Source of the DNA: Trueperaceae bacterium
Lineage (GTDB): Bacteria; Deinococcota; Deinococci; Deinococcales; Trueperaceae
Direction of reading: 5' to 3'
Length of the DNA: 64,000 nucleotides
Assembly: GCA_965215565.1 (NCBI GenBank)
Contig: CBDCDZ010000004.1
Coordinates: 1,728,001-1,792,000 of the forward strand
Shown: in pieces, positions 28,421-37,785 of the stretch
Layout of the letters: the number at the start of each line of letters is the position of its first letter
How positions within the stretch are numbered: the first letter of the stretch is position 1
The notes under the pieces: generated by a model
Databases searched by the model: none
The model's input: the letters and a program-made list of their open reading frames with translations, nothing else
What the model was told of the DNA's origin: nothing
Made by a program: the position numbers and the translations under genes

Positions 28421-29821
28421 TTAGCCGACGAATACCAAGCGGTAGAGCAAACCTACCCCCGCGCTCACCGCCAGGGTAGGAATCATGCCCACCTTGAAGC
28501 GAAAGAGCGCCACAAACGCACCTACCGCAATCGTGAGCGCCATCCAGCTAAGCGTCACCCAATCAGGCACGAGCAGCCGGAGCGGACCAAAGTAAACGTC
28601 GGTCACGTTAGAAAACACCGCATGAACCCCGAACCAGACCGCCAAGTTGAGAATGACACCCACCACCGCTGCCGTGATCGCCGAGAGCGCCGCTGTGAGC
28701 GATTTATTACCGCGCAGGTACTCAATGAAGGGCGCACCCAAAAAGATGAAGAAGAAGCAGGGCGCAAACGTCATCCAAGTGGTGAGCACCGAGCCTAAAA
28801 CGCCCGCCGTGATAGGCTCCAAACCGCCCTGCCGATACGCACCCATAAAGCCGACGAACTGCGTGACCTGTACGAGCGGTCCCGGCGTGGTCTCCGCCAT
28901 GCCGAGCCCGTCTAACATCTCGCCAGGTCTCAGCCAGCCGTAGACCTCCACCGCTTGCTGCGCGATAAAGGCGAGCACCGAATACGCCCCGCCAAAGGTC
29001 ACGACGGCAGCTTGGGAGAAGAAGAGGGCGATCTGCGAAAAGACGTTGCCCGCGCCGAGCGTCAAGATAATGAGCGCTAAAGGAGCCAGCCAGATAGAGA
29101 GCCAAATCGCACTCGTTTTAAGCGCGTAAGACGCAGACGGCGCAGTGTGAGAGGCGACGGCGTCCGTGATGACAAAGCCCGCTTCATCGTCTTCGCCGAC
29201 CTCTCGTCCCTTGACGACGTAGAAGAGGTCAGGCGCAAACTTTCCGCCTAAGAAGCCGATGAGACCCGCAACGAATACGATAAGCGGAAAAGGCAGAGTG
29301 AAAAAGAAAATCGCGACGAACGCGAGTGCGGCGATGAGGAGCATCGCCCAGTTTTTAATCACGCGCTTGCCGATACGGATGACCGCTTCGGCAACGAGCG
29401 CTAATACCGCCGCTTTGAGCCCAAAAAAGAGGGCTTCGACGAAGCTCGAGCCGCTATAAAGCGCATAGACAATACTCAGCGCAAGAATCGAGAGGAAGCC
29501 CGGCAAGATAAAGAGCGACCCCGCCACGAGTCCGCCCTTCGTCTTATGAAGCAGCCAGCCGATATACGTCGCAAGCTGCTGCGCTTCGGGACCGGGCAGG
29601 AGCATACAGTAGTTCATCGCGTGCAAAAAGCGCGTCTCGCTGATCCAACGCTTCTCTTCCACAAGGAGTTTGTGCATCACCGCAATCTGCCCCGCCGGAC
29701 CGCCGAAGGAGTTGAGCGCAACCTTGATCCACACGCGGAGCGCCTCGGAAAAGGGGATGTCGTGAGCAGCGGGCGGTGTGGCGGATGGTTTAGTAGCGGG
29801 CGAAGCGGAGGCTTTGTCCAT
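28421..29821 (-). CDS. chrA: Chromate efflux transporter (long-chain CHR)
   Basis: SFGGPAGQIA, LPGPEAQQLA, TFGGAY, AETTPGP. Confidence 0.93.
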   Translation of the reverse strand: MDKASASPATKPSATPPAAHDIPFSEALRVWIKVALNSFGGPAGQIAVMHKLLVEEKRWISETRFLHAMNYCMLLPGPEAQQLATYIGWLLHKTKGGLVAGSLFILPGFLSILALSIVYALYSGSSFVEALFFGLKAAVLALVAEAVIRIGKRVIKNWAMLLIAALAFVAIFFFTLPFPLIVFVAGLIGFLGGKFAPDLFYVVKGREVGEDDEAGFVITDAVASHTAPSASYALKTSAIWLSIWLAPLALIILTLGAGNVFSQIALFFSQAAVVTFGGAYSVLAFIAQQAVEVYGWLRPGEMLDGLGMAETTPGPLVQVTQFVGFMGAYRQGGLEPITAGVLGSVLTTWMTFAPCFFFIFLGAPFIEYLRGNKSLTAALSAITAAVVGVILNLAVWFGVHAVFSNVTDVYFGPLRLLVPDWVTLSWMALTIAVGAFVALFRFKVGMIPTLAVSAGVGLLYRLVFVG

Positions 29822-29997
29822 GAGGTCTCCTCGGCAGTCTAAAGTGGCTCTGTATGGTCTTTGTCAGATGCTTGTGAAAACGCCGCGTAGAGACCGCTGA
29901 AGAGGTGACGACCTCGAGCCTTAAATTCCGCGTCACTCGACCATTCAAAAACGCATCAAATCTCGCTTCGGCGTGTGCGAGAGGTGCGCTTGAAGGT

Positions 29998-30861
29998 TTA
30001 GGCAGTCTTCAGCGGATAGCCACTTGAAATATGAGTAATAGGAACTTTCGGGAGCTTGGGCTCTAACCACTCCGCCAAATATGTCATCCCCGCCTCTTCT
30101 GAGGGTTGATGCCCGACGATGATAAGCCCCAGCTTACGTCCATAAGTTTGCGCGTCGCGCACGTACTCGGTTAGCGCCCACTCGTCAACCTCACCGCAGA
30201 TGAGCAAGTCGAGCCTGTCCTCCCTCACCGAAGGCAGTTGAAAGTAAAGTCCCGGCGACCCGACGAAGAGCCCGACACGCTCGTGCAGCGTTTCTTCTTT
30301 GCCGACGACTTGAACGGTATCTACACCGAACGCCCGCTCAACTTGGCTCACGACCTCTCTAAGTGACGTCGGCGGCAACACAAAAACGTGCTGTGCGCTT
30401 CCTTCTAAAATACTGCGTCAGCCTGATGGGTCTGAACTAACAGACGGTGGCGTTTTATCTTCGCATTTCTCTAAAAAGTCCTGCCAGCCCATCTGACGGA
30501 TAACACCCGTATAAATTCCATCGGGCTCGTGTATGTGCCAGTAGTCGTGGTAGCGGAAGATAGCGATGTTGTGAGCCTCGAGCCTCTCCCTCTTCTGCTG
30601 AATAATGGCGTCCTTCGGAAAGGTTGTTGGGCTGTCGTCGTGATGATAAAACGTAGGCTCATGCGTAATGATGAGGTTCGCGCCTAACGCTGCCGCCCTC
30701 TCAATAACCTCCGCTGTGGCTAGAAAGGTTATGACGATTCCCGTAACCTCTGCGCTCTCATCCCCGACTTTAAGCGTATCGTTCGAACCGTCTAGCGGTC
30801 CTTCTTTTGGCATTCCTGACACCGCCGCTTTGAGCAAGGCGATAACGTCGCCTACGGTCAC
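29998..30861 (-). pseudogene. Nif3-like dinuclear metal-centre protein with one in-frame TGA
   Basis: NLIITHEPTFY, HDYWH, GHQPSEE; the two ORFs are in the same frame, separated only by TGA at 30418-30420. Confidence 0.8.
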
Positions 30862-30948
30862 AGCAGCTCGTCTCGAGACTCAGCACCTTGCTCATCTTTC
30901 AACATGCGCCATTATAGCCAGCAAATGAGCGGGAGAAACGCTCGCCAC

Positions 30949-30996
30949 TTGCTTTACCTCTTGAATTACGCTACTATTTTGTTAATTGGCGAAATA
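30949..30996 (+). promoter_or_regulatory. Promoter plus ArsR-type operator for hydrolase-sdpR-sdpI
   Basis: TTGCTT-N17-TACTAT overlapping imperfect IR TATTTTG-N8-CGAAATA. Confidence 0.5.
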
Positions 30997-31026
30997 ACAA
31001 ACAAAAACGCGCTGAAAGGATGAACT

Positions 31027-31986
31027 GTGAAACAACTCGTTTTCTTCTTTTTACTGAGTTTGGGTTCCGTATTCGCCTCATCTGAAGAGGTCAGGTTAGA
31101 GACGATGACTGGCACACTTTATGGGACGCTCGAGCTGCCCAACACCTCCGAACCCTACCCCGTCGTCCTCATCCATCCTGGCTCAGGTCCCACCGATAGA
31201 GACGGTAACTCCGCGCAGCTACCTGGTAAAAACGACAGCCTCAAGCTGTTAGCGGAAGCGTTGGCGGAGGAAGGAATCGCGAGCTTGCGTATTGACAAAC
31301 GAGGCAGCGGCGAGAGCGCAGGCGCAACTCCGAACGAAGCTAACTTACGTTTTGACACGTACATTGACGACGCGGCAGCGTGGCTCAACCTCTTACAAAG
31401 CGATGAGCGCTTCTCCGACATCGTTATGCTGGGTCACTCCGAAGGCTCACTCATCGGCATGATGGCGGCGCAACGTGCGGGCGCGGACGGCTTCATCTCG
31501 CTCGCGGGCGCAGGCGAACCGGCGGCGGACACGCTCGTGCGGCAACTGAGTGCCCAACTTCCCCAACCTCTTTTAGAGGAGAGTAAAGAGGTCATCACCT
31601 CGTTAGAAGAGGGCGAAACGGTCCAGCCGCTACCGGCAGGTATCGCTGCTATGCCTGCCATCGGTAACGCCCTCTTTCGCCCTAGCTTGCAGCCCTATCT
31701 CATCAGTTGGTTTCAGTATGACCCGGCGGAAGAGGTAGCGAGGCTCGAGATGCCTGTCCTAATTATCCAGGGCACAACAGATATACAGGTGCGCGCCAAA
31801 GATGCCGAACTGCTGAGCGCCGCCAAGCCCAACGCCGAACTCGCCATTTTAGAAGGGATGAATCACGTTTTGAAAGATGCACCTGCAAACCGCGCGCTGA
31901 ACTTAGCGACGTATGCGAATCCCGACCTACCGCTTACGGATGGGTTGGTAGGGGCTATCTCGAGCTTCGTCAAAACACTCCCATGA
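31027..31986 (+). CDS. Secreted alpha/beta hydrolase
   Basis: Signal peptide, GSGPTDRDGN, GHSEG, QGTTD, MNH. Confidence 0.85.
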   Translation: MKQLVFFFLLSLGSVFASSEEVRLETMTGTLYGTLELPNTSEPYPVVLIHPGSGPTDRDGNSAQLPGKNDSLKLLAEALAEEGIASLRIDKRGSGESAGATPNEANLRFDTYIDDAAAWLNLLQSDERFSDIVMLGHSEGSLIGMMAAQRAGADGFISLAGAGEPAADTLVRQLSAQLPQPLLEESKEVITSLEEGETVQPLPAGIAAMPAIGNALFRPSLQPYLISWFQYDPAEEVARLEMPVLIIQGTTDIQVRAKDAELLSAAKPNAELAILEGMNHVLKDAPANRALNLATYANPDLPLTDGLVGAISSFVKTLP

Positions 31987-32273
31987 ACGACGCTTTCAAA
32001 GCGCTCGCTGACCCCACGCGCCGCCATATCTTGAAGGAGCTTCGCAAGGGCGAGCGGAGCGCGGGTGAACTCGCGGCGCTCTTTCCGCTGAGCAAGAGCA
32101 CCCTTTCGGGTCACTTCGCCGTGCTCAAAGCCGCCGACTTAGTCGAGACGGAGCGGCGCGGCACAACGATTCTCTATAGGCTCAACGCGACTGTGTTTCA
32201 AGAGGTGTTGGAGGGGCTACTAGACCTCTTAGGCGTCGGCAAGGAGGAAGCGGATGACTTGGCCCAAACATAA
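31983..32273 (+). CDS. ArsR family autorepressor, SdpR-like
   Basis: FKALADPTRRHIL...STLSGHFAVLKAADLV...YRLNATVFQE; coupled to sdpI-like gene. Confidence 0.88.
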   Translation: MNDAFKALADPTRRHILKELRKGERSAGELAALFPLSKSTLSGHFAVLKAADLVETERRGTTILYRLNATVFQEVLEGLLDLLGVGKEEADDLAQT

Positions 32274-32904
32274 CTGGCTCGTCGCTATGAGCTTTATAGC
32301 GATGCTCACAGCATCGATTGTCGGCTGGCTCAATTTGGAGGGACCGCTCCCTGTCCATTGGGGGCTTGACGGTGAGCCTACTAGATACGGAACGAAGCTC
32401 GAGGCGCTGGGGATACTCCCCTTTCTCGCGCTGGTGAGTTATGTGACGAAAGTCTTCTCATCAGCAGACGAGAAGTCTTCGAGAAATGCTCGAGTTCTTC
32501 CCGCTATCGCTCAGGTTTTAGTTCTCGGTTTGACGATCATCCATGTCGGCACTGTGATGAACTATTTAGGCGTAGCCGTGTCCCTTTCTAATGTCGGTGC
32601 GCTCGGCTTGGGTATCATTTTAGTAGGCGTCGGCAACCTTATGCCTAAACTCGCGCCGAACCATCTTGTAGGGGTGCGGTTGCCCTGGCTTTATAAGAGT
32701 GAAAAGGCGTGGTACAAGACGCAGCGGGCGGGCGGTTGGGTTTTCGCAACAAGCGGCGTTGCTTTTATTCTAATTGGGCTTTTCGCAGAGGGCGAGGCTG
32801 CTTTAATGTGGGGCACTGTAGGTCTACTCCTTGGTGCGGCGGGCGTCGTTGCATATAGTTATTGGGTTTGGCGTAACGACGACGCGCGGACCTCACTTGA
32901 ATAG
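32254..32904 (+). CDS. SdpI/DUF1648 family membrane immunity protein
   Basis: LPVHWGLDGEP, GNLMPKLAPNHLVGVRLPW, AWYKTQRAGG. Confidence 0.85.
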   Translation: MTWPKHNWLVAMSFIAMLTASIVGWLNLEGPLPVHWGLDGEPTRYGTKLEALGILPFLALVSYVTKVFSSADEKSSRNARVLPAIAQVLVLGLTIIHVGTVMNYLGVAVSLSNVGALGLGIILVGVGNLMPKLAPNHLVGVRLPWLYKSEKAWYKTQRAGGWVFATSGVAFILIGLFAEGEAALMWGTVGLLLGAAGVVAYSYWVWRNDDARTSLE

Positions 32905-32963
32905 AGCCTCATCTAGAAAGCCAGGACCTGCGCTGTTAGGCTGCTCGAGCCTAAAATTATGTT

Positions 32964-32993
32964 ATCCTTACTTTACAGAAGTGAGGTAAGGAT
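32964..32993. promoter_or_regulatory. Toxin-antitoxin autoregulatory operator
   Basis: ATCCTTAC-N14-GTAAGGAT inverted repeat running into the antitoxin start codon. Confidence 0.6.
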
Positions 32994-33225
32994 GAAGAAC
33001 ACTGCCACCATAACGAGCAAAGGACAGATAACGATTCCTCAAGAGGTGCGCCAACGCCTCGGGCTCAAACAGGGCGATAAAGTTACCTTTGAGGTTGAGA
33101 ACGGTCTCACGGTGCTCAAACCTTACAGGGGCGAAGCAAATCCCTTTGCGGCCTATGCAGGTGCATTAGGCAGCCTTGAAACTGAAGAAGAGGTGGGCGC
33201 TTGGCTGAGCGACTTACGCGAGTAG
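32992..33225 (+). CDS. AbrB/MazE/SpoVT family antitoxin
   Basis: ATITSKGQITIPQEVRQRLGLKQGDKVTF. Confidence 0.9.
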   Translation: MKNTATITSKGQITIPQEVRQRLGLKQGDKVTFEVENGLTVLKPYRGEANPFAAYAGALGSLETEEEVGAWLSDLRE

Positions 33226-33239
33226 GTGTCTAAGAACAG

Positions 33240-33665
33240 GTGCTTACAGCTATCGACACGAACATCATCAGCGCCCTCTGGTCACAAGAACCCGCCTCGG
33301 CAGGCGTCGCAGCGTCCCTCTTCGCTGCGCAGCAGCGAGGCGGACTCGTCATCTGCGCGGCTGTATACTGCGAACTCTTGGCATATCCGGGAGCGAGCAC
33401 GCCCTTCGTCCAGAAATTTTTAGACGACGCAGATATCCAAGTGCATTACGTTTTGAATGAGGCAGTATGGCGAGACGTAGGCGAGGCGTTTGCGGCGTAC
33501 GCGCAGCGCCGCAGAAGAGGTAAAGCCGGGCAGCCTAAACGTCTACTTGCAGATTTCATCGTTGGTGCTCACGCGCTTCACGCGGCAGACCGCTTACTTA
33601 CGTTGGACGTCAACCGCTATATCGCAAGCTTTCCAACCCTCGAGGTCATAGGACGAGAAACGTAA
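33240..33665 (+). CDS. PIN-domain VapC-type toxin
   Basis: AIDTNII, VYCEL, LADFIVGAHA, LLTLD acidic tetrad. Confidence 0.9.
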   Translation: MLTAIDTNIISALWSQEPASAGVAASLFAAQQRGGLVICAAVYCELLAYPGASTPFVQKFLDDADIQVHYVLNEAVWRDVGEAFAAYAQRRRRGKAGQPKRLLADFIVGAHALHAADRLLTLDVNRYIASFPTLEVIGRET

Positions 33666-33734
33666 ACCAAACGTAATCGCGGATGAAAAACTTCACGCCC
33701 CAACCTAGCACTGCAAGTGTTAGCATAAAAAACT

Positions 33735-34043
33735 GTGACGCTCCGCCTATTTTTCTTGACCATTTTAGTTCTCGCCTTGCCGCTCCCCGTACAACCTTGG
33801 AGCCTACCCAGCGGCGACGAGTCCTCGGGCATGAGCGCCCCCGTACCGATGGTGGCGGAACCTGCGCAGCGTCTCACGCTGCCAAGAGTCGGTAAAAGTA
33901 GCTTTCAGCTCTTACCCCCGCTTATCTCGAGCGTCACCGCCACAGTTTTCGCGGCTTATTTTATCTCTTCGACGTTCTGGGCGAGTACCGCGCAAAGGCG
34001 CACCTTTTTAGTGTTTGGGAAGCTGAGGCTCGAGGGGGGATAA
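33735..34043 (+). CDS. Secretory uORF of secDF, candidate translation-arrest (monitoring) peptide
   Basis: N-terminal hydrophobic signal, Pro/Ser-rich linker, C-terminus RRTFLVFGKLRLEGG*; 83 nt before secDF; 3' end complementary to RNA before the secDF SD. Confidence 0.6.
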   Translation: MTLRLFFLTILVLALPLPVQPWSLPSGDESSGMSAPVPMVAEPAQRLTLPRVGKSSFQLLPPLISSVTATVFAAYFISSTFWASTAQRRTFLVFGKLRLEGG

Positions 34044-34126
34044 AAGCTAAGACCTAACGGCTAATAGCCTATTCACCCAACCTCGAAACTCAAACCCTTT
34101 TAACCAAACAATTCAGGAGTAAGTAC

Positions 34127-36346
34127 ATGAATCAACGCTCATTCACGGGCATCCTCGTCCTTGGCGTGCTCTTAGCCGCCATTTTATACATGTGGCAGCC
34201 GTGGGCAGAGGACGCCTCGCTCAAGCTCGGCTTAGACTTGCAGGGCGGACTCCGCGTCGTGTTACAGTCCGACGACCCCAACCCCGTCCCCGAAGATTTG
34301 CAAGCCGCGCGGCGCGTGATTGAAAACCGCGTCAATGAATTCGGCGTGGCGGAGCCCGTCATCCAGACCTCAGGTGACAACCGCATCGTCGTGGAGCTTC
34401 CCGGCTTGACCGCCGAGGAGCAGAGCCGTGCGCAAGACCTCATCGGGCAGCAAGCGATTTTGGAGTTCCGCCTCGTCAGACCGGGCGCGAGCGAGCCTTT
34501 GACGCCCGATAAACTGCAACCGCCCGCCTTCACGGGTGAGGTGCTGCGCGGCGCGCAAGTCGCGTATGACCAGTTCGGACAGCCCATCGTGACCTTCCAA
34601 ATTCGCGGAGCTGACGCGCCTGCGTTCGGGCAATTTACGGGCAGCAACTTGGGTCAGCGCATGGCGGTTGTCTTGGACGGCAACGTCATCACCGCGCCGA
34701 ATATCAACGGGCGCATCGCAGAGAGTGGGCAGATCGAGGGGCAGTTCACGCTCGAGGAAGCCTCCGACTTAGCTCTCGTTCTCCGCTCAGGTAGCCTCCC
34801 CATCTCGCTCAACATCGAAGAGATTCGCGCCATCGGTCCAACACTGGGTCAAGACTCGGTTGCGGCGGGCACGACCGCCGCCATCATCGGCGGCATCGCG
34901 GTTGTCGCCGCTGTGATTCTCTACTACGGTCCGCTGTTCGGGGGCGTCTTGACCGTCGGTCTCATCTACGTGTTGCTGCTCATCTTCGGCATCTTGTCCG
35001 GTCTCGGCGCGGCGCTCACGCTGCCCGGTTTGGCGGGTCTCGTCCTGACCATCGGCGCGGCGGTAGACGGCAACGTCATCTCGTTCGAGCGCATCAAAGA
35101 GGAGCTGCGCGAAGGCAAGAGCTTGCGCCTCGCCATGCGGGGCGGCTTCGGCAACTCGCTCTCGGCGATCATCGACGCGAACGTCACGACGCTCTTGGCG
35201 GCGGCGGCGCTGTACCAGTATACCTCGGGTCCGGTGCGCGGCTTCGCCATCACGCTGGCGATCGGTATCGTCGCGGCGGTGTTTGTCAACACCGTCGTCG
35301 TGCCTTTTCTGCTCGACGTACTCACGGTGCGCTTCAAGAAGCCGTTTATGCCGAAAGGGTTCTACTTCGATAACCTCAAATTCGTTGGGCGTGCGCCTGT
35401 GGTGATGAGCATCTCGGGCGGGCTCGCGCTCTTAGCGCTCCTCATCGTGATTGTAAGCCCCTTAAATCTCTCGACGGACTTTACGGGCGGCACGAGTGCG
35501 CTCTACAGCGTCTCTGAAGAGACGACGATTGACGAGGTGCGCACCGCCATCAGCGAACTCGGCTTACCCGGCGTGGACGGCGGCTCGGCAACGGTGCAAG
35601 AGGTGCAAGACACGACAATCAGCACGGACGCCGCAGCAGCAGCGGGTACGGACAATGCTGAAGGAGAAGCGGCGGGCGCGAACAAGCTCCTCTCGGTGCG
35701 CATCGGTATCGGCGAGGACAGCGGCGCGAGAGGGGAGTTTCCTAACCTCTTAGCGGATCGGCTGAACGCGGAACTCTTACAAGCGGACTTCGTCGGACCC
35801 TCGGTAGGTGAAGACCTGCGCAACGGCGCGGTCTTGGCGGTGCTCGTCTCTTTAGGGCTGATTCTGCTCTACGTTGGGCTGCGCTTTTGGCCCAACTGGA
35901 TCGTCGCAGTCGCCGCGATTCTGGCGTCCATTCATGACGTCGGCATCGTGATGGGCTTTTTAGACCTCATCGGCGCGGAGTTCGGCGTGCCTGTTTTGGC
36001 GGCGCTCCTATTCGTCGTCGGTTACTCCTTGAACGACTCGATCATCATCGCGGACAGGATTCGCGAGAATTTGCGCAAGGTGCGCGGGCGTTCGTACAAT
36101 GACATCGTGGACCTCTCGGTGAGCCAGACGTTGTCGCGCACGGTGGTCACGTCCGGTACGACGCTCCTGCCCGTGTTGGCGCTCCTCTTCTTCGGCGGCA
36201 GCGTGCTGCGCGACTTTAGCATCACCCTCTTAGTGGGTATCGGCTTCGGGACGTACTCGAGCATCTTCATCCTCGCCCCGATGGTGGCGTGGTTCAAAAA
36301 GCGCCAGCGTAAACCTAAGGTGAACAGAAAGCCGAGCGCGGCGTAA
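34127..36346 (+). CDS. secDF: Protein translocase subunit SecDF (fused)
   Basis: LGLDLQGG, IENRVNEFGVAEP, IGPTLG, AVDGNV, DFTGG, GYSLNDSII. Confidence 0.97.
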   Translation: MNQRSFTGILVLGVLLAAILYMWQPWAEDASLKLGLDLQGGLRVVLQSDDPNPVPEDLQAARRVIENRVNEFGVAEPVIQTSGDNRIVVELPGLTAEEQSRAQDLIGQQAILEFRLVRPGASEPLTPDKLQPPAFTGEVLRGAQVAYDQFGQPIVTFQIRGADAPAFGQFTGSNLGQRMAVVLDGNVITAPNINGRIAESGQIEGQFTLEEASDLALVLRSGSLPISLNIEEIRAIGPTLGQDSVAAGTTAAIIGGIAVVAAVILYYGPLFGGVLTVGLIYVLLLIFGILSGLGAALTLPGLAGLVLTIGAAVDGNVISFERIKEELREGKSLRLAMRGGFGNSLSAIIDANVTTLLAAAALYQYTSGPVRGFAITLAIGIVAAVFVNTVVVPFLLDVLTVRFKKPFMPKGFYFDNLKFVGRAPVVMSISGGLALLALLIVIVSPLNLSTDFTGGTSALYSVSEETTIDEVRTAISELGLPGVDGGSATVQEVQDTTISTDAAAAAGTDNAEGEAAGANKLLSVRIGIGEDSGARGEFPNLLADRLNAELLQADFVGPSVGEDLRNGAVLAVLVSLGLILLYVGLRFWPNWIVAVAAILASIHDVGIVMGFLDLIGAEFGVPVLAALLFVVGYSLNDSIIIADRIRENLRKVRGRSYNDIVDLSVSQTLSRTVVTSGTTLLPVLALLFFGGSVLRDFSITLLVGIGFGTYSSIFILAPMVAWFKKRQRKPKVNRKPSAA

Positions 36347-36348
36347 GC

Positions 36349-36432
36349 GAAGGGGGATTCATGAATCCCTCTACGGAACAGCGCTGTTTACAAACATAGA
36401 GGATGCAGGGGCGGGTTCGGAACCCGCCCCTG
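36349..36432. repeat. REP pair between convergent secDF and lipoprotein genes
   Basis: GAAGGGGGATTCATGAATCCCTCTAC and GCAGGGGCGGGTTCGGAACCCGCCCCTG. Confidence 0.75.
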
Positions 36433-36447
36433 TTTTATTCGATAGCC

Positions 36448-36831
36448 TCATTCAATTGTGGTGGCGAACTGCCGCACGATGCGCCCCTGAAAGGAGAGCA
36501 CCGCTCGCCACGTGCCGGGGCGAAGCGTCACGCGCTCGGGCGAGAAGAGCGTACCCGTACCCCTCTCGTATTCCGGCTCTATCCACACCGAGTCCGAGGC
36601 AACTTGATCGTTGTTCGGGGCGAACCACTGTACCGCCAACCAGTCCGCTCCAGGTACCTCGCCCACTACGAAATCCAATTTGAGCCTCTCCCCTTCCCTC
36701 GTCAGCCCTGTCGGGCTGCTGAGGTCAAAGACTTTCTCTCTAGTGCGCGCCTCGGGAACAGGCGGGATGTAGGTATAGGTACAAGCGCTGAGGAGCAGAA
36801 GTGCGAGTATCGGCAGGGTAAGTCGTTTCAT
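36448..36831 (-). CDS. Lipoprotein, hypothetical
   Basis: MKRLTLPILALLLLSAC lipobox; WLAVQWF, PGTWRAVLS. Confidence 0.78.
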   Translation of the reverse strand: MKRLTLPILALLLLSACTYTYIPPVPEARTREKVFDLSSPTGLTREGERLKLDFVVGEVPGADWLAVQWFAPNNDQVASDSVWIEPEYERGTGTLFSPERVTLRPGTWRAVLSFQGRIVRQFATTIE

Positions 36832-36925
36832 GTCGCCTCAATCATACGGGCTGAGTCTAAAGAGCGTGTGTGGCGTCTATGAAAGAGGTTGTTCTGTGAG
36901 GTTTTCAGCGAGGATGAAGAGGTTG

Positions 36926-37059
36926 TCCCCTTTCCGGTTAAGTGCGCTACTTTGTAGCGCATTTAATCCCGAGCAGAGCGAGTAGAAATAGCGACGGGTT
37001 CCGGTGAGTACGGAATCAACTCCACAGGAGTTTATGCAGTAATCAACCGGAATCCGTAT
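36926..37059 (-). mobile_element. SRE-like MITE (family B) abutting the rsmE stop codon
   Basis: Reverse complement starts ATACGGATTCCG and matches 17450-17600 (CATAAACTCC..GGAGTTGATTCCGT, GGAACCCGT, CTCGCTCTGCTCGG). Confidence 0.75.
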
Positions 37060-37775
37060 TATAGCGCCTCCGGGAGCAAGAGCGCAGCCGTGAGCGCAAT
37101 GGGCGCAGTTTCGGCGCGGAGAATGCGCGCGCCCAAGGTGACACCCTTAGCACCCTTTTCGATCAGAAATTCAACCTCGTGCTCGCTCAATCCCCCTTCG
37201 GGTCCGGTGATGAGCGTGACCTCTTCTGCATCCGAGCCTGCGTCTGACTTCAGGACCTCTTGCAGGGTTGCGGAGGCGAAAGGATGCGCGATGAGTGTGA
37301 GAGGTCCCAAGTCCAACTTGGACAACTTGCAAAGCGCCTCCACCTCCGGCACGACGCTCCGCCCCGACTGCTTGGCGGCCTCTTTCGCGACGCGGCGGTA
37401 GCGCGTCAGCTTGTTATCAGAAAGGACTTTGACGTCGCAGCGGGCAGTCAAAACGGGGATGAAGCGCACCGCGCCGAGTTCGGTGCCGCGCCGCACGACT
37501 TCGGAGAATTTGTCGCCTTTAAGGAGGGGTACGGCGAGGGTGAGCTTGAGGGCGGCTTCTACGTCGCTCGGTTTGGGTAATTCTAAGCGGAGTGTGACGC
37601 TCAGTTCGTCCACCTCTTGCACTTCGCCCGCAGCTTCTAACCCTAAACCGTCGAACGCTTTCACCTTCGCCCCTGGTTTAACCCGCAAAACTTGCGCGAG
37701 ATGATGCGCCTCCGCGCCCGAGAGCGTCCGCTCACCCGCCTCTAAATCCTTCAGAAAGACACGATAAATTCTCAT
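37059..37775 (-). CDS. rsmE: 16S rRNA m3U1498 methyltransferase
   Basis: HHLAQVLRV, EAAKQSGR, ITGPEGG, LGARILRAETA. Confidence 0.95.
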   Translation of the reverse strand: MRIYRVFLKDLEAGERTLSGAEAHHLAQVLRVKPGAKVKAFDGLGLEAAGEVQEVDELSVTLRLELPKPSDVEAALKLTLAVPLLKGDKFSEVVRRGTELGAVRFIPVLTARCDVKVLSDNKLTRYRRVAKEAAKQSGRSVVPEVEALCKLSKLDLGPLTLIAHPFASATLQEVLKSDAGSDAEEVTLITGPEGGLSEHEVEFLIEKGAKGVTLGARILRAETAPIALTAALLLPEAL

Positions 37776-37785
37776 TTGTGGACCC

